In this document: piece by piece, positions 1-10,847 of the stretch
How the letters are laid out: each line of letters starts with the position of its first letter
Position numbering within the stretch: the stretch's first letter is position 1
Source: an uncultured beta proteobacterium
GTDB lineage: Bacteria; Pseudomonadota; Gammaproteobacteria; Burkholderiales; SG8-41
Assembly: GCA_903905655.1 (NCBI GenBank)
Contig: CAIVHG010000036.1
Coordinates: forward strand, 10,142-74,141
Direction: 5' to 3'
DNA length: 64,000 nt
Notes under the pieces: model-generated
Told to the model about the DNA's origin: nothing
The model's database searches: none
What the model saw: the letters and a program-made list of their open reading frames with translations, nothing else
Made by a program: the position numbers and the translations under genes

Positions 1-2
1 AA

Positions 3-1688
3 GGGGCAAAGCCTGGCGAAGGCGGCCAGCTTCCTGGCCGTAAAGTATCGGAGTACATCGCCGAACTGCGTTATTCGACGCCCGGCGTGGAACTCATTTC
101 ACCGCCGCCTCATCACGACATCTACTCAATCGAGGATATCGCCCAGCTCATTCACGACCTCAAGAATGCCAATCCGCATGCGGCTGTTAGCGTAAAGCTG
201 GTCTCAGAAGTTGGCGTGGGAACTGTCGCCACTGGAGTCGCGAAGGCAAAGGCGGACCACGTAACGATCGCCGGTCATGATGGTGGGACTGGCGCCTCGC
301 CGTGGTCCTCGATCAAGCATGCCGGCACTCCCTGGGAGCTGGGCCTCGCTGAAACACAGCAAACACTGGTGCTCAACCGGCTGCGCGGACGCATTGCCGT
401 GCAGGTTGACGGACAGATCAAGACCGGCCGCGACGTGGTGATCGGTGCGATGCTGGGTGCGGATGAGTTCGGCTTTGCGACCGCGCCCTTGGTCGTTGAG
501 GGCTGCATCATGATGCGTAAATGTCATCTCAACACCTGTCCAGTTGGCGTCGCGACACAGGATCCGGAGCTGAGAAAGAAGTTCTCCGGCAAGCCCGAAC
601 ATATCGTCAATTACTTCTTCTTTATCGCCGCCGAAGTGCGGGAGTTCATGGCGCGCCTCGGCATCCGCAAATTCAATGACCTTATCGGCCGCGTGGATCT
701 GCTCGACACGAAGCGTGGAATTGAACATTGGAAGGCCCAGGGGCTCGACTTTTCAAAGATTTTCTACCTGCCACCGGTGCCTGCGGAAGTCGCGCGCCGT
801 CACTGCGAACAGCAAGATCATGGCTTGCAACATGCACTCGACAATCGCCTGATCGAACTCGCGCGGCCGGCACTTGAAAATGGGAAAAAGGTTTCGATCG
901 ACATGCCGATCCGCAATATCAATCGCACCGTCGGCACGATGCTGTCATGGGAAGTTGCCAGGCGCTACGGGCACGAAGGGCTCCCGGATGACACGATACA
1001 TGTCCGCCTTGCCGGCTCTGCTGGCCAGAGCTGCGGCGCATTCCTGGCTCATGGAATCACGATCGATATCATCGGCGATACCAACGACTATTGCGGCAAG
1101 GGCCTGTCCGGGGGGCGCATTTCGGTGCAACCCTCGCCCAAATTTCGCGGCAGACCCACCCAGAACATCATCACCGGCAACGTCGTGTTGTATGGTGCGA
1201 TTGCGGGTGAAGCCTATTTCCGGGGAGTGGCTGGCGAACGTTTCGCAGTACGCAACTCCGGTGCACAAGCGGTAGTCGAGGGTGTAGGCGATCACTGCTG
1301 TGAATACATGACCGGCGGCACGGTAGTGGTGCTTGGCGCAACCGGCCGCAATTTTGCTGCCGGCATGTCAGGCGGCATCGCCTATGTGCTCGACGAAAGG
1401 GGCGAGTTCGCCAACTATTGCAACCCTTCAATGGTAGACCTCGAACCAGTGCTTGCGGAATCGGAACAGCACGCGCGGCTGGCGCGCGAGTTTTGGCATT
1501 TGGGCTACGCCGACGAAAACCTGCTGAAGCGACTGATCGAGCACCATGCGCTTCACACTGGAAGCAAACGCGCGCAGAAGATTCTGGGCAAATGGGCGGA
1601 ATACAGGACGCGCTTCGTCAAGGTATTCCCGAAGGAATACCGGCGCGCGCTAGGCGAACTGGCCGCTCACAAGCGCGCCGCCGCATAA
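3..1688 (+). CDS. gltB: glutamate synthase large subunit, C-terminal portion (5' end outside the window)
   Basis: Frame 3 is open from the window edge to TAA 1686-1688. Translation begins [50 protein letters not shown] (FMN-domain signature) and ends with the GXGXG beta-helix domain ([11 protein letters not shown]). gltD follows 55 nt downstream. The ORF-track start at 87 (GTG) is internal. Confidence 0.95.
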   Translation, partial: GAKPGEGGQLPGRKVSEYIAELRYSTPGVELISPPPHHDIYSIEDIAQLIHDLKNANPHAAVSVKLVSEVGVGTVATGVAKAKADHVTIAGHDGGTGASPWSSIKHAGTPWELGLAETQQTLVLNRLRGRIAVQVDGQIKTGRDVVIGAMLGADEFGFATAPLVVEGCIMMRKCHLNTCPVGVATQDPELRKKFSGKPEHIVNYFFFIAAEVREFMARLGIRKFNDLIGRVDLLDTKRGIEHWKAQGLDFSKIFYLPPVPAEVARRHCEQQDHGLQHALDNRLIELARPALENGKKVSIDMPIRNINRTVGTMLSWEVARRYGHEGLPDDTIHVRLAGSAGQSCGAFLAHGITIDIIGDTNDYCGKGLSGGRISVQPSPKFRGRPTQNIITGNVVLYGAIAGEAYFRGVAGERFAVRNSGAQAVVEGVGDHCCEYMTGGTVVVLGATGRNFAAGMSGGIAYVLDERGEFANYCNPSMVDLEPVLAESEQHARLAREFWHLGYADENLLKRLIEHHALHTGSKRAQKILGKWAEYRTRFVKVFPKEYRRALGELAAHKRAAA

Positions 1689-1743
1689 CGAAATCGCGGC
1701 ACTGCTGCCGGGCATCTTTGTCGCGCACACCAAGAGATATCAC

Positions 1744-3201
1744 ATGGGTAAAATCACCGGGTTTATGGAATATCAGCGCCTTGAAGAGGCGCACGAAGCG
1801 CCTGCTGAGCGCAAAAAGCATTATCACGAATTTTCCCGGCGTTTGCCGGATGTCCAGGCGGCGGTTCAGGGCGCGCGTTGCATGGACTGCGGAATTCCGT
1901 TCTGCATGAATGGCTGCCCGGTTAATAACATTATTCCTGATTTCAACGATCTGGTCTACAAGCAGGATTGGCAGAGGGCCATCGAAACACTGCACTCGAC
2001 CAATAATTTCCCGGAGTTTACGGGGCGCATCTGCCCGGCTCCATGTGAAGAGGCATGTGTGCTGCGCATCACGAATGACCCTGTCGGCATCAAGTCGATC
2101 GAGCACGCGATCATAGACAAAGCGTGGGAAGAGGGTTGGGTAGATCCTCTGCCTGTAAAGGTGAAGACGGGAAAACGCGTTGCGATCGTCGGATCTGGCC
2201 CTTCCGGCCTCGCATGCGCGCAGCAGCTCGCACGCGCAGGGCATCAAGTAGTCGTCTTTGAGAAGAACGACCGCATCGGCGGGCTGCTGCGTTACGGGAT
2301 TCCGGATTTCAAGCTCGAAAAATCCACGATCGAGCGCCGCCTTGAGCAGATGCGCGCCGAAGGCGTGGAGTTCAAGACAAACCATTCTGTTTCCGATGCG
2401 CCCGTCGGCAACGGCAACAGCACGCCGGTGATTTTGGATGCCGCCACGATTACTGATGAGTTTGACGCCGTGGTACTCACGGGCGGCGCAGAGCAGCCGC
2501 GTGATTTGCCGGTTCCCGGGCGGGAGCTGAACGGGGTCCATTTTGCAATGGATTTCCTGGCCCTCCAGAACCGCCGCATGGCGGGAGATAAGAAGGTGCA
2601 AGACCTGCTGGCGACGAACAAACACGTAGTAATCATCGGCGGCGGTGACACAGGATCCGACTGCGTCGGCACCTCCAACCGCCAAGGAGCGAAATCCATA
2701 GTGCAGTTTGAGCTACTGCCCATGCCGCCGGATTTGACGAACAACCCCGTATGGCCTTATTGGCCGCAGCGTTTGCGCACTTCTTCCTCGCATGAGGAGG
2801 GTGTGAACCGAGACTGGGCAGTGGCCACTAAGCGCTTTGTCGGCGCGCAGGGTAAACTCCAAAAGCTCGTCGCCGCGCGGGTTGCATGGAAAGATGGCCG
2901 CATGCAGGAGCTGCCGGGCACCGAATTTGAGATGCCTGCGGACTTGGTGCTGCTGGCGATGGGATTCATTTCCCCGGTGCAGCGCGTTCTGGACGCGTTT
3001 GGGATCGACAAAGATGCGCGCGGCAATGCCAAAGCACTCACCGAGGGCCGCAGCGCATACGCTACTACTGCGCCTAAGGTCTATGCGGCCGGCGACATGC
3101 GCCGCGGCCAGTCGCTGGTCGTTTGGGCAATCCGCGAAGGCCGGCAATGCGCACGCGCGGTAGACGAGTTTTTGATGGGAACATCACTACTGCCGCGGTA
3201 A
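1744..3201 (+). CDS. gltD: glutamate synthase small subunit (NADPH)
   Basis: 485 aa. N-terminal [10 protein letters not shown], Fe-S cysteine clusters ([23 protein letters not shown]) and dinucleotide-binding [14 protein letters not shown]. Sits directly after gltB. Confidence 0.95.
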   Translation: MGKITGFMEYQRLEEAHEAPAERKKHYHEFSRRLPDVQAAVQGARCMDCGIPFCMNGCPVNNIIPDFNDLVYKQDWQRAIETLHSTNNFPEFTGRICPAPCEEACVLRITNDPVGIKSIEHAIIDKAWEEGWVDPLPVKVKTGKRVAIVGSGPSGLACAQQLARAGHQVVVFEKNDRIGGLLRYGIPDFKLEKSTIERRLEQMRAEGVEFKTNHSVSDAPVGNGNSTPVILDAATITDEFDAVVLTGGAEQPRDLPVPGRELNGVHFAMDFLALQNRRMAGDKKVQDLLATNKHVVIIGGGDTGSDCVGTSNRQGAKSIVQFELLPMPPDLTNNPVWPYWPQRLRTSSSHEEGVNRDWAVATKRFVGAQGKLQKLVAARVAWKDGRMQELPGTEFEMPADLVLLAMGFISPVQRVLDAFGIDKDARGNAKALTEGRSAYATTAPKVYAAGDMRRGQSLVVWAIREGRQCARAVDEFLMGTSLLPR

Positions 3202-3323
3202 TGCGCGAGGTGCTGCACACCGAGTCCGCCAGTATGCGCGAACTGCATGTAGTCGCTACCGCGCGGACAGTTTCCCATTCCGGTTTCTCTGCAAAACCTT
3301 GAGGCCCCTCGGGGATCATACGC

Positions 3324-4394
3324 ATGACTCGACTCAAAAATGATGTTTTGATCCGCGCGCTCTTGCGGGAGCCCACGCCCTACACCCCCATCTGGCTGAT
3401 GCGACAGGCCGGACGCTATCTGCCTGAATACAATCAAACCCGCGCGCGCGCGGGCAACTTCCTGGCCTTATGCAAGAACCCGGATTTCGCCACCGAAGTC
3501 ACGCTGCAGCCAATTGCCCGCTACGCACTCGATGCGGCGATAGTGTTCTCCGACATCCTCACCATACCGGACGCCATGGGCCTCGGACTATATTTCAGCG
3601 CCGGGGAAGGGCCGAAATTCGAGCGCCCGCTGCGTGACGAATGGGCGATCCGCGACTTGAGTGCCCCGGACCCCGACGTGCATCTGCGGTATGTGATCGA
3701 CGCCGTCGCCCAGTCAAGGCGCGCGCTCGCAAACAGCGTCCCGTTGATCGGGTTTTCAGGCAGCCCGTTTACGCTCGCCTGTTACATGATCGAGGGGCAA
3801 GGTCGCAGCGACTTTGCGACCGTCAAAAAAATGCTCTACGATCGTCCCGATCTTCTGCACCGCATACTCGCAGTAAATGCTAGCGCAGTGACTGCCTACC
3901 TCAATGCGCAAATTCAAGCGGGCGCGCAGGTAATCATGATCTTCGATACTTGGGGTGGACTCCTCTCTCATGCTGCGTTCCAGGAGTTTTCGCTTGCCTA
4001 TACGCAGCAGATACTCGCAGGGGTCGCCCGCACCCATGATGGCGAGCGCATTCCCCGTATCGTGTTCACCAAAGGCGGGGGGTTGTGGCTGGAGAGCATC
4101 GCTGATTGCGGCTGCGATGCGGCGGGGCTGGACTGGACGATAGATATCGGCAGCGCGCGTTCGCGGGTAGGGTCGAAGATTGCGCTCCAAGGGAACCTCG
4201 ACCCGGCAGTACTATTATCCTCGCCCGCTGCAATCAAACGCGAAGCCGGTGCGATACTCGAACGATTCGGCACAGGCAACGGGCATGTCTTCAATCTGGG
4301 CCACGGCATTTCACAGTTCACGCCTCCGGAGCATGTGGCCGCTTTAGTTGAAGCCGTACATCAGCTCAGCGCGCCATATCACTCAGGGGGTTAA
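3324..4394 (+). CDS. hemE: uroporphyrinogen decarboxylase
   Basis: 356 aa with the N-terminal signature [15 protein letters not shown] and full-length URO-D architecture. Confidence 0.95.
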   Translation: MTRLKNDVLIRALLREPTPYTPIWLMRQAGRYLPEYNQTRARAGNFLALCKNPDFATEVTLQPIARYALDAAIVFSDILTIPDAMGLGLYFSAGEGPKFERPLRDEWAIRDLSAPDPDVHLRYVIDAVAQSRRALANSVPLIGFSGSPFTLACYMIEGQGRSDFATVKKMLYDRPDLLHRILAVNASAVTAYLNAQIQAGAQVIMIFDTWGGLLSHAAFQEFSLAYTQQILAGVARTHDGERIPRIVFTKGGGLWLESIADCGCDAAGLDWTIDIGSARSRVGSKIALQGNLDPAVLLSSPAAIKREAGAILERFGTGNGHVFNLGHGISQFTPPEHVAALVEAVHQLSAPYHSGG

Positions 4395-4414
4395 GCGTTT
4401 GCGCATCCAGCAAC

Positions 4415-4423
4415 TTATGCACA
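4415..4423 (+). promoter_or_regulatory. DnaA-box-like 9-mer TTATGCACA (fits TTATNCACA)
   Basis: Read directly in the 275-bp hemE-priA spacer. Same orientation as the perfect box at 4604. Confidence 0.4.
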
Positions 4424-4603
4424 AACAATAGCTTGCGGTGTGTTGTGGCGACGCAACAATGTCGCGTTAGCTTGAGGCGCGTTTCAAGGCATTGATTTAC
4501 AACATGTTATTCTAGTTTTATGGCGCCTTCTGGGTTTTCAATCTCCGTTAACCGTCATATGGAAGGCCTTGTCCTAAAAGAAAAAAGTGCTGCATCAACA
4601 TAC

Positions 4604-4612
4604 TTATCCACA
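4604..4612 (+). promoter_or_regulatory. DnaA box, perfect consensus TTATCCACA
   Basis: Exact 9/9 match to the classical DnaA box, 58 nt upstream of the priA ATG. Confidence 0.5.
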
Positions 4613-4669
4613 AGCTGGTTGGGCCATAGTCACGCCTTCTTTTCGTATTCACGCTGATCGTAGGTTGCG

Positions 4670-6880
4670 ATGAAACCGCATGTCACCGCGGTTAATGGAA
4701 CAATCGCGCGTGTTGCGCTCGACCTTCCTGTTCCAACGTTGTTTGATTACCGCGCTCCAGGCGTTAGCGTTAACGATATCGGCAAGCGCGTGCTCGTTCC
4801 CTTGGGAAAAAAGGTAGCGCTCGGCGTGATCATGGAACTGGTCGCGGAAACTCACCTTCCCGCCGCCCAACTCCGAAGTGTCATCAGCGTCCTGCATGAA
4901 ATTCCGGCATTGCCTGAGGATTTGCTGGCCTTATTCCGCTTCACCAGCAACTATTATCACTATCCGATCGGGCAGGTGGTCGTGGGAACCCTGCCGGCAC
5001 GGTTACGGCGCGGCGGCTCAAGCAAAATCGATAAGCCTGCGTATTACCGTTTGACTGCTGACGGTAGTGCTGCTGACGCCGCCGCGCTCGCGCCGCGCGC
5101 AAAGGTGCAGCGCGAAGTGCTGCGCCAGCTGCATGGAAGCGATGCAGCTCTGTCTGAGGGCGCACTTAACGCAATCGCGTCCACCGCGAAAAACGCGTTG
5201 AAGGCTCTGCTTGCGCGAGGCTTAATTGAGCGCGTTGCGCCGCCAGTCACTTCCATCGCGGTCGCTGACATTCCGGAATCTGCGCTGACATTAAACAGCG
5301 AGCAGTTAGCGGCACTCGCCACAATCCGCGGCACCCGCGCAGGTTTTCAACCGTGGCTGTTGCACGGAGTGACGGGCAGCGGAAAAACGGAGGTTTACCT
5401 GGAGCTAGTCAAAGACACCATCAATGCCGGCAAGCAGGCTCTGTTGCTCGTGCCGGAGATCAATCTCACCCCCCAGCTTGAGTCCGTCGTACGCCAGCGT
5501 TTCCCCGGAGCAACGCTTGCCTCATTGCATAGTGGGCTAAATGAGGGTGAGCGCTTACGGGGATGGATTGCCGCGCAGTCAGGGGAGGCCAACATCGTGT
5601 TGGGTACGCGATTGGCGGCATTCACACCCATGCCTCAACTGGGCTTGATCGTCGTAGACGAGGAACATGACACGTCGTTCAAACAAATGGATGGGCTGCG
5701 CTACTCCGCACGCGACCTGGCGGTGGTGCGCGCCAAACAACGGGGCATACCGGTGATCCTCGGCTCCGCGACCCCCGCCCTTGAAACATTGCAAAGCGCA
5801 TTGAGCGGGCGGTATCATAAGTTGGCGCTCACACAACCTGTGAACGCTTTGTTTTCTGCGATCGAGTGCGTGGATACCCGCAAGGATGCCCTGATCGATG
5901 GGTTGTCCCAACCATTATTGCGCGCGATTGAAACTAGTCTAGCCGGCGGTGAACAGACCCTAATCTTTATCAACCGCCGCGGCTACGCGCCCGTGTTGAG
6001 ATGCAGCAGTTGCGGCTGGATTTCTGAGTGCGCGCGCTGCTCGGCGAAGCTCGTAGTGCACCTTGCGGACGGCCTGCGCTGCCATCACTGCGGGCACCAC
6101 GAACAGCTTCCGTCGGCGTGTCCGCAATGCGGAAACCACGGCCTCGCACCGCTCGGACAGGGGACACAGCGCATTGAATCCGCGTTGGCGCGAACATTTC
6201 CCAGTGCGCGCATCCTGCGCATCGACCGCGACACCACACGGCCCAAACTCGCATGGCCTGAAATGCGGCGGCAAATTAACAACCGCGAAGTCGATATTCT
6301 GGTCGGCACCCAGATACTCTCGAAAGGCCACGATTTCCCGCAGCTTAATCTGGTTGGGGTGATCAATGCGGACAGCTCGCTATACAGCTCGGACTTTCGC
6401 GCCGGCGAGCGCCTCTTCGCGCGCCTCACCCAGGTTGCTGGCCGGGCCGGGCGCGGCCGCACACGCGGGCGCGTAATGATACAGACGGAGTTTCCCGGGC
6501 ATCCTCTATACGAAGCCCTGATTCAAGGCGACTACATGGCTTATGCGGGGAAGCTCCTCGACGAACGCAAACAGGCCGGCTTCCCTCCGTTTGTGCACCA
6601 GGCCTTGCTGCACGCGGAGGCGCACAAGCTTGCGCACGCGCTCGCATTTCTTGGACGCGCAATAGAGTGGGCTGGCGCCCCAGCGACTGAAGTCACGGTC
6701 TATGACCCGGTCCCCGCGCGCATGACGCGCCGTGCTGGGCTCGAGCGCGCGCAACTCACGATCCAGGCCTCGTCGCGCGCCGCCTTGCACGATTTCCTGG
6801 GACCCTGGCTGGAACGCTTGCGCGCGGCCCGCGAACGCTCGGTGCGGTGGTGGATCGACGTCGATCCCCTGGAAGTTTAA
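4670..6880 (+). CDS. priA: primosomal protein N' (replication restart helicase PriA)
   Basis: 736 aa. Walker A GVTGSGKTEVY, DEEHD box, and four CxxC pairs of the Zn-binding insertion (CSSCG, CARCS, CHHCG, CPQCG). Confidence 0.95.
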   Translation: MKPHVTAVNGTIARVALDLPVPTLFDYRAPGVSVNDIGKRVLVPLGKKVALGVIMELVAETHLPAAQLRSVISVLHEIPALPEDLLALFRFTSNYYHYPIGQVVVGTLPARLRRGGSSKIDKPAYYRLTADGSAADAAALAPRAKVQREVLRQLHGSDAALSEGALNAIASTAKNALKALLARGLIERVAPPVTSIAVADIPESALTLNSEQLAALATIRGTRAGFQPWLLHGVTGSGKTEVYLELVKDTINAGKQALLLVPEINLTPQLESVVRQRFPGATLASLHSGLNEGERLRGWIAAQSGEANIVLGTRLAAFTPMPQLGLIVVDEEHDTSFKQMDGLRYSARDLAVVRAKQRGIPVILGSATPALETLQSALSGRYHKLALTQPVNALFSAIECVDTRKDALIDGLSQPLLRAIETSLAGGEQTLIFINRRGYAPVLRCSSCGWISECARCSAKLVVHLADGLRCHHCGHHEQLPSACPQCGNHGLAPLGQGTQRIESALARTFPSARILRIDRDTTRPKLAWPEMRRQINNREVDILVGTQILSKGHDFPQLNLVGVINADSSLYSSDFRAGERLFARLTQVAGRAGRGRTRGRVMIQTEFPGHPLYEALIQGDYMAYAGKLLDERKQAGFPPFVHQALLHAEAHKLAHALAFLGRAIEWAGAPATEVTVYDPVPARMTRRAGLERAQLTIQASSRAALHDFLGPWLERLRAARERSVRWWIDVDPLEV

Positions 6881-7025
6881 ATCCAGCTCGGCGCGCCCCT
6901 TGTACAGCGCATGCTAAAATTAGCGGCTTTTCATCCCGCACTTTGGCAACATGAGATCGAGGTTCTGCCCCGGCGCCTTCAGGGAAACGGCGTATCGTCC
7001 TCGGGAATGGCATAACGAATAGACT

Positions 7026-8771
7026 ATGGTGACCGAAGCATTTCCCTCATTGCGTTCGCATGTGGCGTCGCTATTGCATGCCGCCGTCGTTTCGGCTGCG
7101 CCCGACGCCGAGAACATCGCCATCGTCATTGAACGCCCAAAGCAGATGCAGCACGGCGATTTTGCCTGCAATATAGCCATGCATCTCGCGAAGACGCTGC
7201 GGCGCAGTCCGCGTGATATTGCCGGTGCCCTGATCGCCGCCATGCCCGCATCACCCTATATCGCCAAAGCTGAAGTCGCTGGAGCAGGATTTATCAACCT
7301 GTTCCTGAAGCCCGAGGCCAAGCGCGCCGTGGTAGCGCATGTCTTGGCCATCGGCGACCACTATGGGCAGAGCACCGTTCACGGCGGCGAGCGCGTCCAT
7401 CTCGAATATGTTTCCGCCAATCCAACCGGACCGCTGCATATCGGTCACGGCCGGGGCGCAGCCTTTGGCGCGAGCCTCGCAAATGTGCTCGCCGCCGTGG
7501 GCTATGCTGTCACGCGCGAGTACTACGTGAACGATGCAGGCCGGCAGATGGATATACTCGCAATTTCCACCTGGCTGCGCTATCTCGAACTGACTGGCGT
7601 GGTTCTGCCGTTTCCAGGCAATGCCTATCAGGGCGCATACGTGCGCACCATGGCGCAGCAGCTGTACGCGCGAGATGGCACTCGCTATCGACGCGACAGC
7701 GAGACCGTAACGGCAGGAACGCACGAACCCGACCTCGATCCAGAGCTACGGCTCGACCGCCTGATAGCGAACGCCAAGCAGCTCCTGGGCGACGACTACC
7801 GGACAGTCCATGCGCATGCCCTTGACCAGCAGCTGCTCGATTGCCGCGCCGATCTCGCGGAATTCGGTGTCGAGTTCGACTGCTGGCACTCGGAGCAGTC
7901 CCTGTATGACTCCGGAAAGGTTGCGGAGGTCATCTCGCGCCTGGACCAAGCCGGGCACCTGTATCGCAAAGACGGGGCGCTTTGGTTTCGCTCAACCGCG
8001 TTCGGAGACGAAAAGGACCGCGTAGTGCAGCGGGAGAACGGGCAGCACACCTACTTTGCGTCGGATATCGCCTATCACCTGGAGAAGATCAGCCGCGGCT
8101 ATGGGCTCCTGATCGACGTCTGGGGCGCCGATCATCACGGCTATATTGCACGCGTGAAGGGCGCCCTGACCGCGCTCGGCGTAGACCCTGCGATCCTGAC
8201 GATCGCACTCGTCCAGTTCGCCGTGCTGTACCGCGATGGCAAGAAGATATCGATGTCCACGCGGTCAGGTGAATTCGTGACCTTGCGTGAGTTGCGCGAG
8301 GAAGTCGGAAACGACGCCGCGCGATTTTTCTATGTGCTCCGCAAGAGCGATCAGCACCTTGATTTCGATTTGGACTTGGCCAAATCGCAAAGTACGGACA
8401 ACCCAGTCTACTACGTGCAATACGCGCATGCGCGAATCTGCAGCGTACACGAGCAGTGCGGGGGCGATACGGCCGATCTAGGCAGTGTTGATGCCGCGCC
8501 GCTCACCCTTGATGCCGAATGGGCGCTGCTCTCGCGCCTGACTGATTACCCGGAAGTCGTCGCAAGTGCCGCCGCCGAACTGGCGCCGCACCTGATTGCA
8601 TTCTATCTGCGCGAGCTCGCAGCAGAGTTTCACAGCTATTACAACGGCACCCGCGTCCTGGTGTCGGAAACCCCTGTAAAGTTGGCGCGGCTCGCGTTGG
8701 TCACGGCAGTGCGGCAAGTGCTGCGCAATGGACTCGCATTGCTGGGTGTCAGTGCACCTGAAAAAATGTAA
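7026..8771 (+). CDS. argS: arginine--tRNA ligase
   Basis: 581 aa. Class I HIGH-type motif SANPTGPLHIGHGR, MSTRSG (KMSKS-like), C-terminal anticodon-binding domain. Confidence 0.95.
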   Translation: MVTEAFPSLRSHVASLLHAAVVSAAPDAENIAIVIERPKQMQHGDFACNIAMHLAKTLRRSPRDIAGALIAAMPASPYIAKAEVAGAGFINLFLKPEAKRAVVAHVLAIGDHYGQSTVHGGERVHLEYVSANPTGPLHIGHGRGAAFGASLANVLAAVGYAVTREYYVNDAGRQMDILAISTWLRYLELTGVVLPFPGNAYQGAYVRTMAQQLYARDGTRYRRDSETVTAGTHEPDLDPELRLDRLIANAKQLLGDDYRTVHAHALDQQLLDCRADLAEFGVEFDCWHSEQSLYDSGKVAEVISRLDQAGHLYRKDGALWFRSTAFGDEKDRVVQRENGQHTYFASDIAYHLEKISRGYGLLIDVWGADHHGYIARVKGALTALGVDPAILTIALVQFAVLYRDGKKISMSTRSGEFVTLRELREEVGNDAARFFYVLRKSDQHLDFDLDLAKSQSTDNPVYYVQYAHARICSVHEQCGGDTADLGSVDAAPLTLDAEWALLSRLTDYPEVVASAAAELAPHLIAFYLRELAAEFHSYYNGTRVLVSETPVKLARLALVTAVRQVLRNGLALLGVSAPEKM

Positions 8772-8780
8772 GATGGCACT

Positions 8781-9395
8781 ATGAGCAGGGACTACAAAGG
8801 AACGACGCCCAGATCCGGCAAAGCCCCGAACAGCGCTGGGTCATTCTTTATCGGCATGTTGACGGGATTGCTGCTGGGCCTGGGGATTGCGCTGGCGGTT
8901 GCTTGGTACATCAACAGGTCGCCGACGCCATTTCTAGACCATGCTACTCCGCCCGGCAAAGGTGAGGCACGGGGAGGGAGAACTACGGGCGAGCCTGCAA
9001 AAGCCGATGACAAGAATGCGAAATCTGCCGACAAGCCACGATTCGATTTCTACAAGATTCTGCCTGGCGCAGAAGAGCCGGTAACCGAAGAGCAGTTCAA
9101 GGAAGCTCAGAGCAAGGCGGCAAACCGGCAGACGGAAGAGGCTTTCTATCTGCAGGCTGGGGCTTTCCAGGCGGCCCCGGAAGCAGACAATCTCAAGGCG
9201 CGGCTGGCGCTGCTGGGGGCGGAAGCCACCATACAGACGACCACGCTGCCGGACAAGAGTGTTTGGCACCGGGTGCGCGTGGGCCCTTACGCCGCCGTGG
9301 AAGAACTTAATCGGATGCGCGACATCTTAAAGCAGAACGGCATCGAAACGACGCTGATCAAAGTGCGTGAAGCCGCCCCCGATGCGCGGAAATAA
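8781..9395 (+). CDS. SPOR domain-containing membrane protein (FtsN/DedD-like)
   Basis: 204 aa. Basic N-terminus, one TM helix (FFIGMLTGLLLGLGIALAVAWYI), a low-complexity linker, then a C-terminal SPOR-like fold (FYLQAGAFQ...WHRVRVGPY...). Confidence 0.8.
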   Translation: MSRDYKGTTPRSGKAPNSAGSFFIGMLTGLLLGLGIALAVAWYINRSPTPFLDHATPPGKGEARGGRTTGEPAKADDKNAKSADKPRFDFYKILPGAEEPVTEEQFKEAQSKAANRQTEEAFYLQAGAFQAAPEADNLKARLALLGAEATIQTTTLPDKSVWHRVRVGPYAAVEELNRMRDILKQNGIETTLIKVREAAPDARK

Positions 9396-9422
9396 GCCGT
9401 CTAACACACCTTGGAGAGGACC

Positions 9423-10154
9423 ATGAACCTGTTAAGCCGCGTCATCTGCGTCGCCGCAATGTGCACTTCTTTCCTGGCGGCAGGCACCAGCAGCGCGCAG
9501 GCGCCGCTCGCCGGGCGCGACTATACAGTCATCAACCCGGCGCAATCCACAGACAGCGGCAAGAAGATCGAAGTGCTGGAGTTTTTCTGGTACGGCTGTC
9601 CCCACTGTTACCATCTTGAAGGGCCGCTCAAAGCGTGGCTGAAGAAGAGGCCCGCCGATGTCGACTTCCGCTACCAGCCCACGATTTTCGACGTCGCCTC
9701 CTGGAGCCCGCTCGCGCGATTCTTTTATACGATGGACGCCATGGGGCTGGCCGGCAAATACCATGACGACATATTCAAGGCCATCCACGTCGAAAACAAG
9801 AACCAGTTGGTCACGAACCCGCGCGCCATGGCAGACTGGCTGGGCGCCAAAGGCGTGGACAAGCAGAAATTCCTCGATACCTATAATTCGTTTTCGGTGA
9901 ACACCCGCACCCAGCGCGCGATCGAGATGACGCGCGCCTACGACATCCCTGGCACTCCCGCGGTAGTCATCGACGGGAAATACCTCACCAGCCCCTCGAT
10001 GACGCTCAGCGGCGACCAGAACGTGAGCTACGACCGGTTCTTCATCGTTGTGGACGCGCTGATCGCGCAGGCGCGCAAAGACCACGGCATGAAGGACGCC
10101 GCCCCGGCCAGTAAAACGGCGCCCGCCAAGAAGGCTCCCACGAAGAAAAGCTAG
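9423..10154 (+). CDS. dsbA: thiol:disulfide interchange protein DsbA (CPHC) with K/A/P-rich C-terminal tail
   Basis: Signal peptide, then the thioredoxin-fold active site FFWYGCPHCYHLE. ATG 9423 is preceded by GGAGAGG; the ORF-track start at 9411 is TTG inside that RBS. The tail reads KDAAPASKTAPAKKAPTKKS. Confidence 0.9.
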   Translation: MNLLSRVICVAAMCTSFLAAGTSSAQAPLAGRDYTVINPAQSTDSGKKIEVLEFFWYGCPHCYHLEGPLKAWLKKRPADVDFRYQPTIFDVASWSPLARFFYTMDAMGLAGKYHDDIFKAIHVENKNQLVTNPRAMADWLGAKGVDKQKFLDTYNSFSVNTRTQRAIEMTRAYDIPGTPAVVIDGKYLTSPSMTLSGDQNVSYDRFFIVVDALIAQARKDHGMKDAAPASKTAPAKKAPTKKS

Positions 10155-10173
10155 CAGCGTCCTGCACTAGGCT

Positions 10174-10827
10174 GTGGCTTTGATTACACCAGCACTGCGA
10201 CTGTTCGCGCTGTGTTGGCTCACGCTGGCACTGATGGCGCGCCCCGCGGCAGCGCAAGAACTCGCACGTGACGTCGATTACCGCGTCATTCCGCAGCAGC
10301 CGGTTGCGAGCGCCGAGCGCGTGGAAGTGCTCGATTTCTTTTTCTACGCCTGCCCGTATTGCAACGAACTTGCGCCTGCGCTAGCCCAATGGCGCGAACG
10401 CAATGCACGGGATGTGACATTCCGCCACGTGCCAGTCGTGCGCCACGACTCGTGGGCGCCACTTGCGAAAATTTACTACACGCTCGAAGCGATGGGCGCA
10501 GTCGATCGGCTGCACACTGCGGTCTACCGTGCCTACCATGTCGAAAATATCGCTTTAACCCAGGAAGCGGCGGTTGTCCAATGGGCGGAACAGCATGGCC
10601 TCGACCGCGCGCGCTTTCTGACAATATACCGCTCGAATGAAACGCGCGAGAAAGTCGAGCGTGCGCGCCAGATGACCTTCGCCTACGATATACAGGCAAC
10701 GCCATCCATCGTGGTCGACGGACGCTATCTGACCACCTCCGGCATGGCTGGGCCGCGCTTGCTCCTCGTAGTCGACGCGCTGATCAGCAAGGCCCGCGCC
10801 GAGCGCGGGCAGAAAACCCTCCGCTAG
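10174..10827 (+). CDS. second DsbA-family thiol:disulfide oxidoreductase (CPYC)
   Basis: 217 aa. Signal peptide ending AAAQE, active site FFFYACPYCNEL. Colinear with the upstream DsbA (shared blocks IDVL/EFF.Y.CP.C, ...YD.....P..V.DG.YL). Confidence 0.85.
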   Translation: MALITPALRLFALCWLTLALMARPAAAQELARDVDYRVIPQQPVASAERVEVLDFFFYACPYCNELAPALAQWRERNARDVTFRHVPVVRHDSWAPLAKIYYTLEAMGAVDRLHTAVYRAYHVENIALTQEAAVVQWAEQHGLDRARFLTIYRSNETREKVERARQMTFAYDIQATPSIVVDGRYLTTSGMAGPRLLLVVDALISKARAERGQKTLR

Positions 10828-10847
10828 CGCATAGGTCGCGCGCCCGC

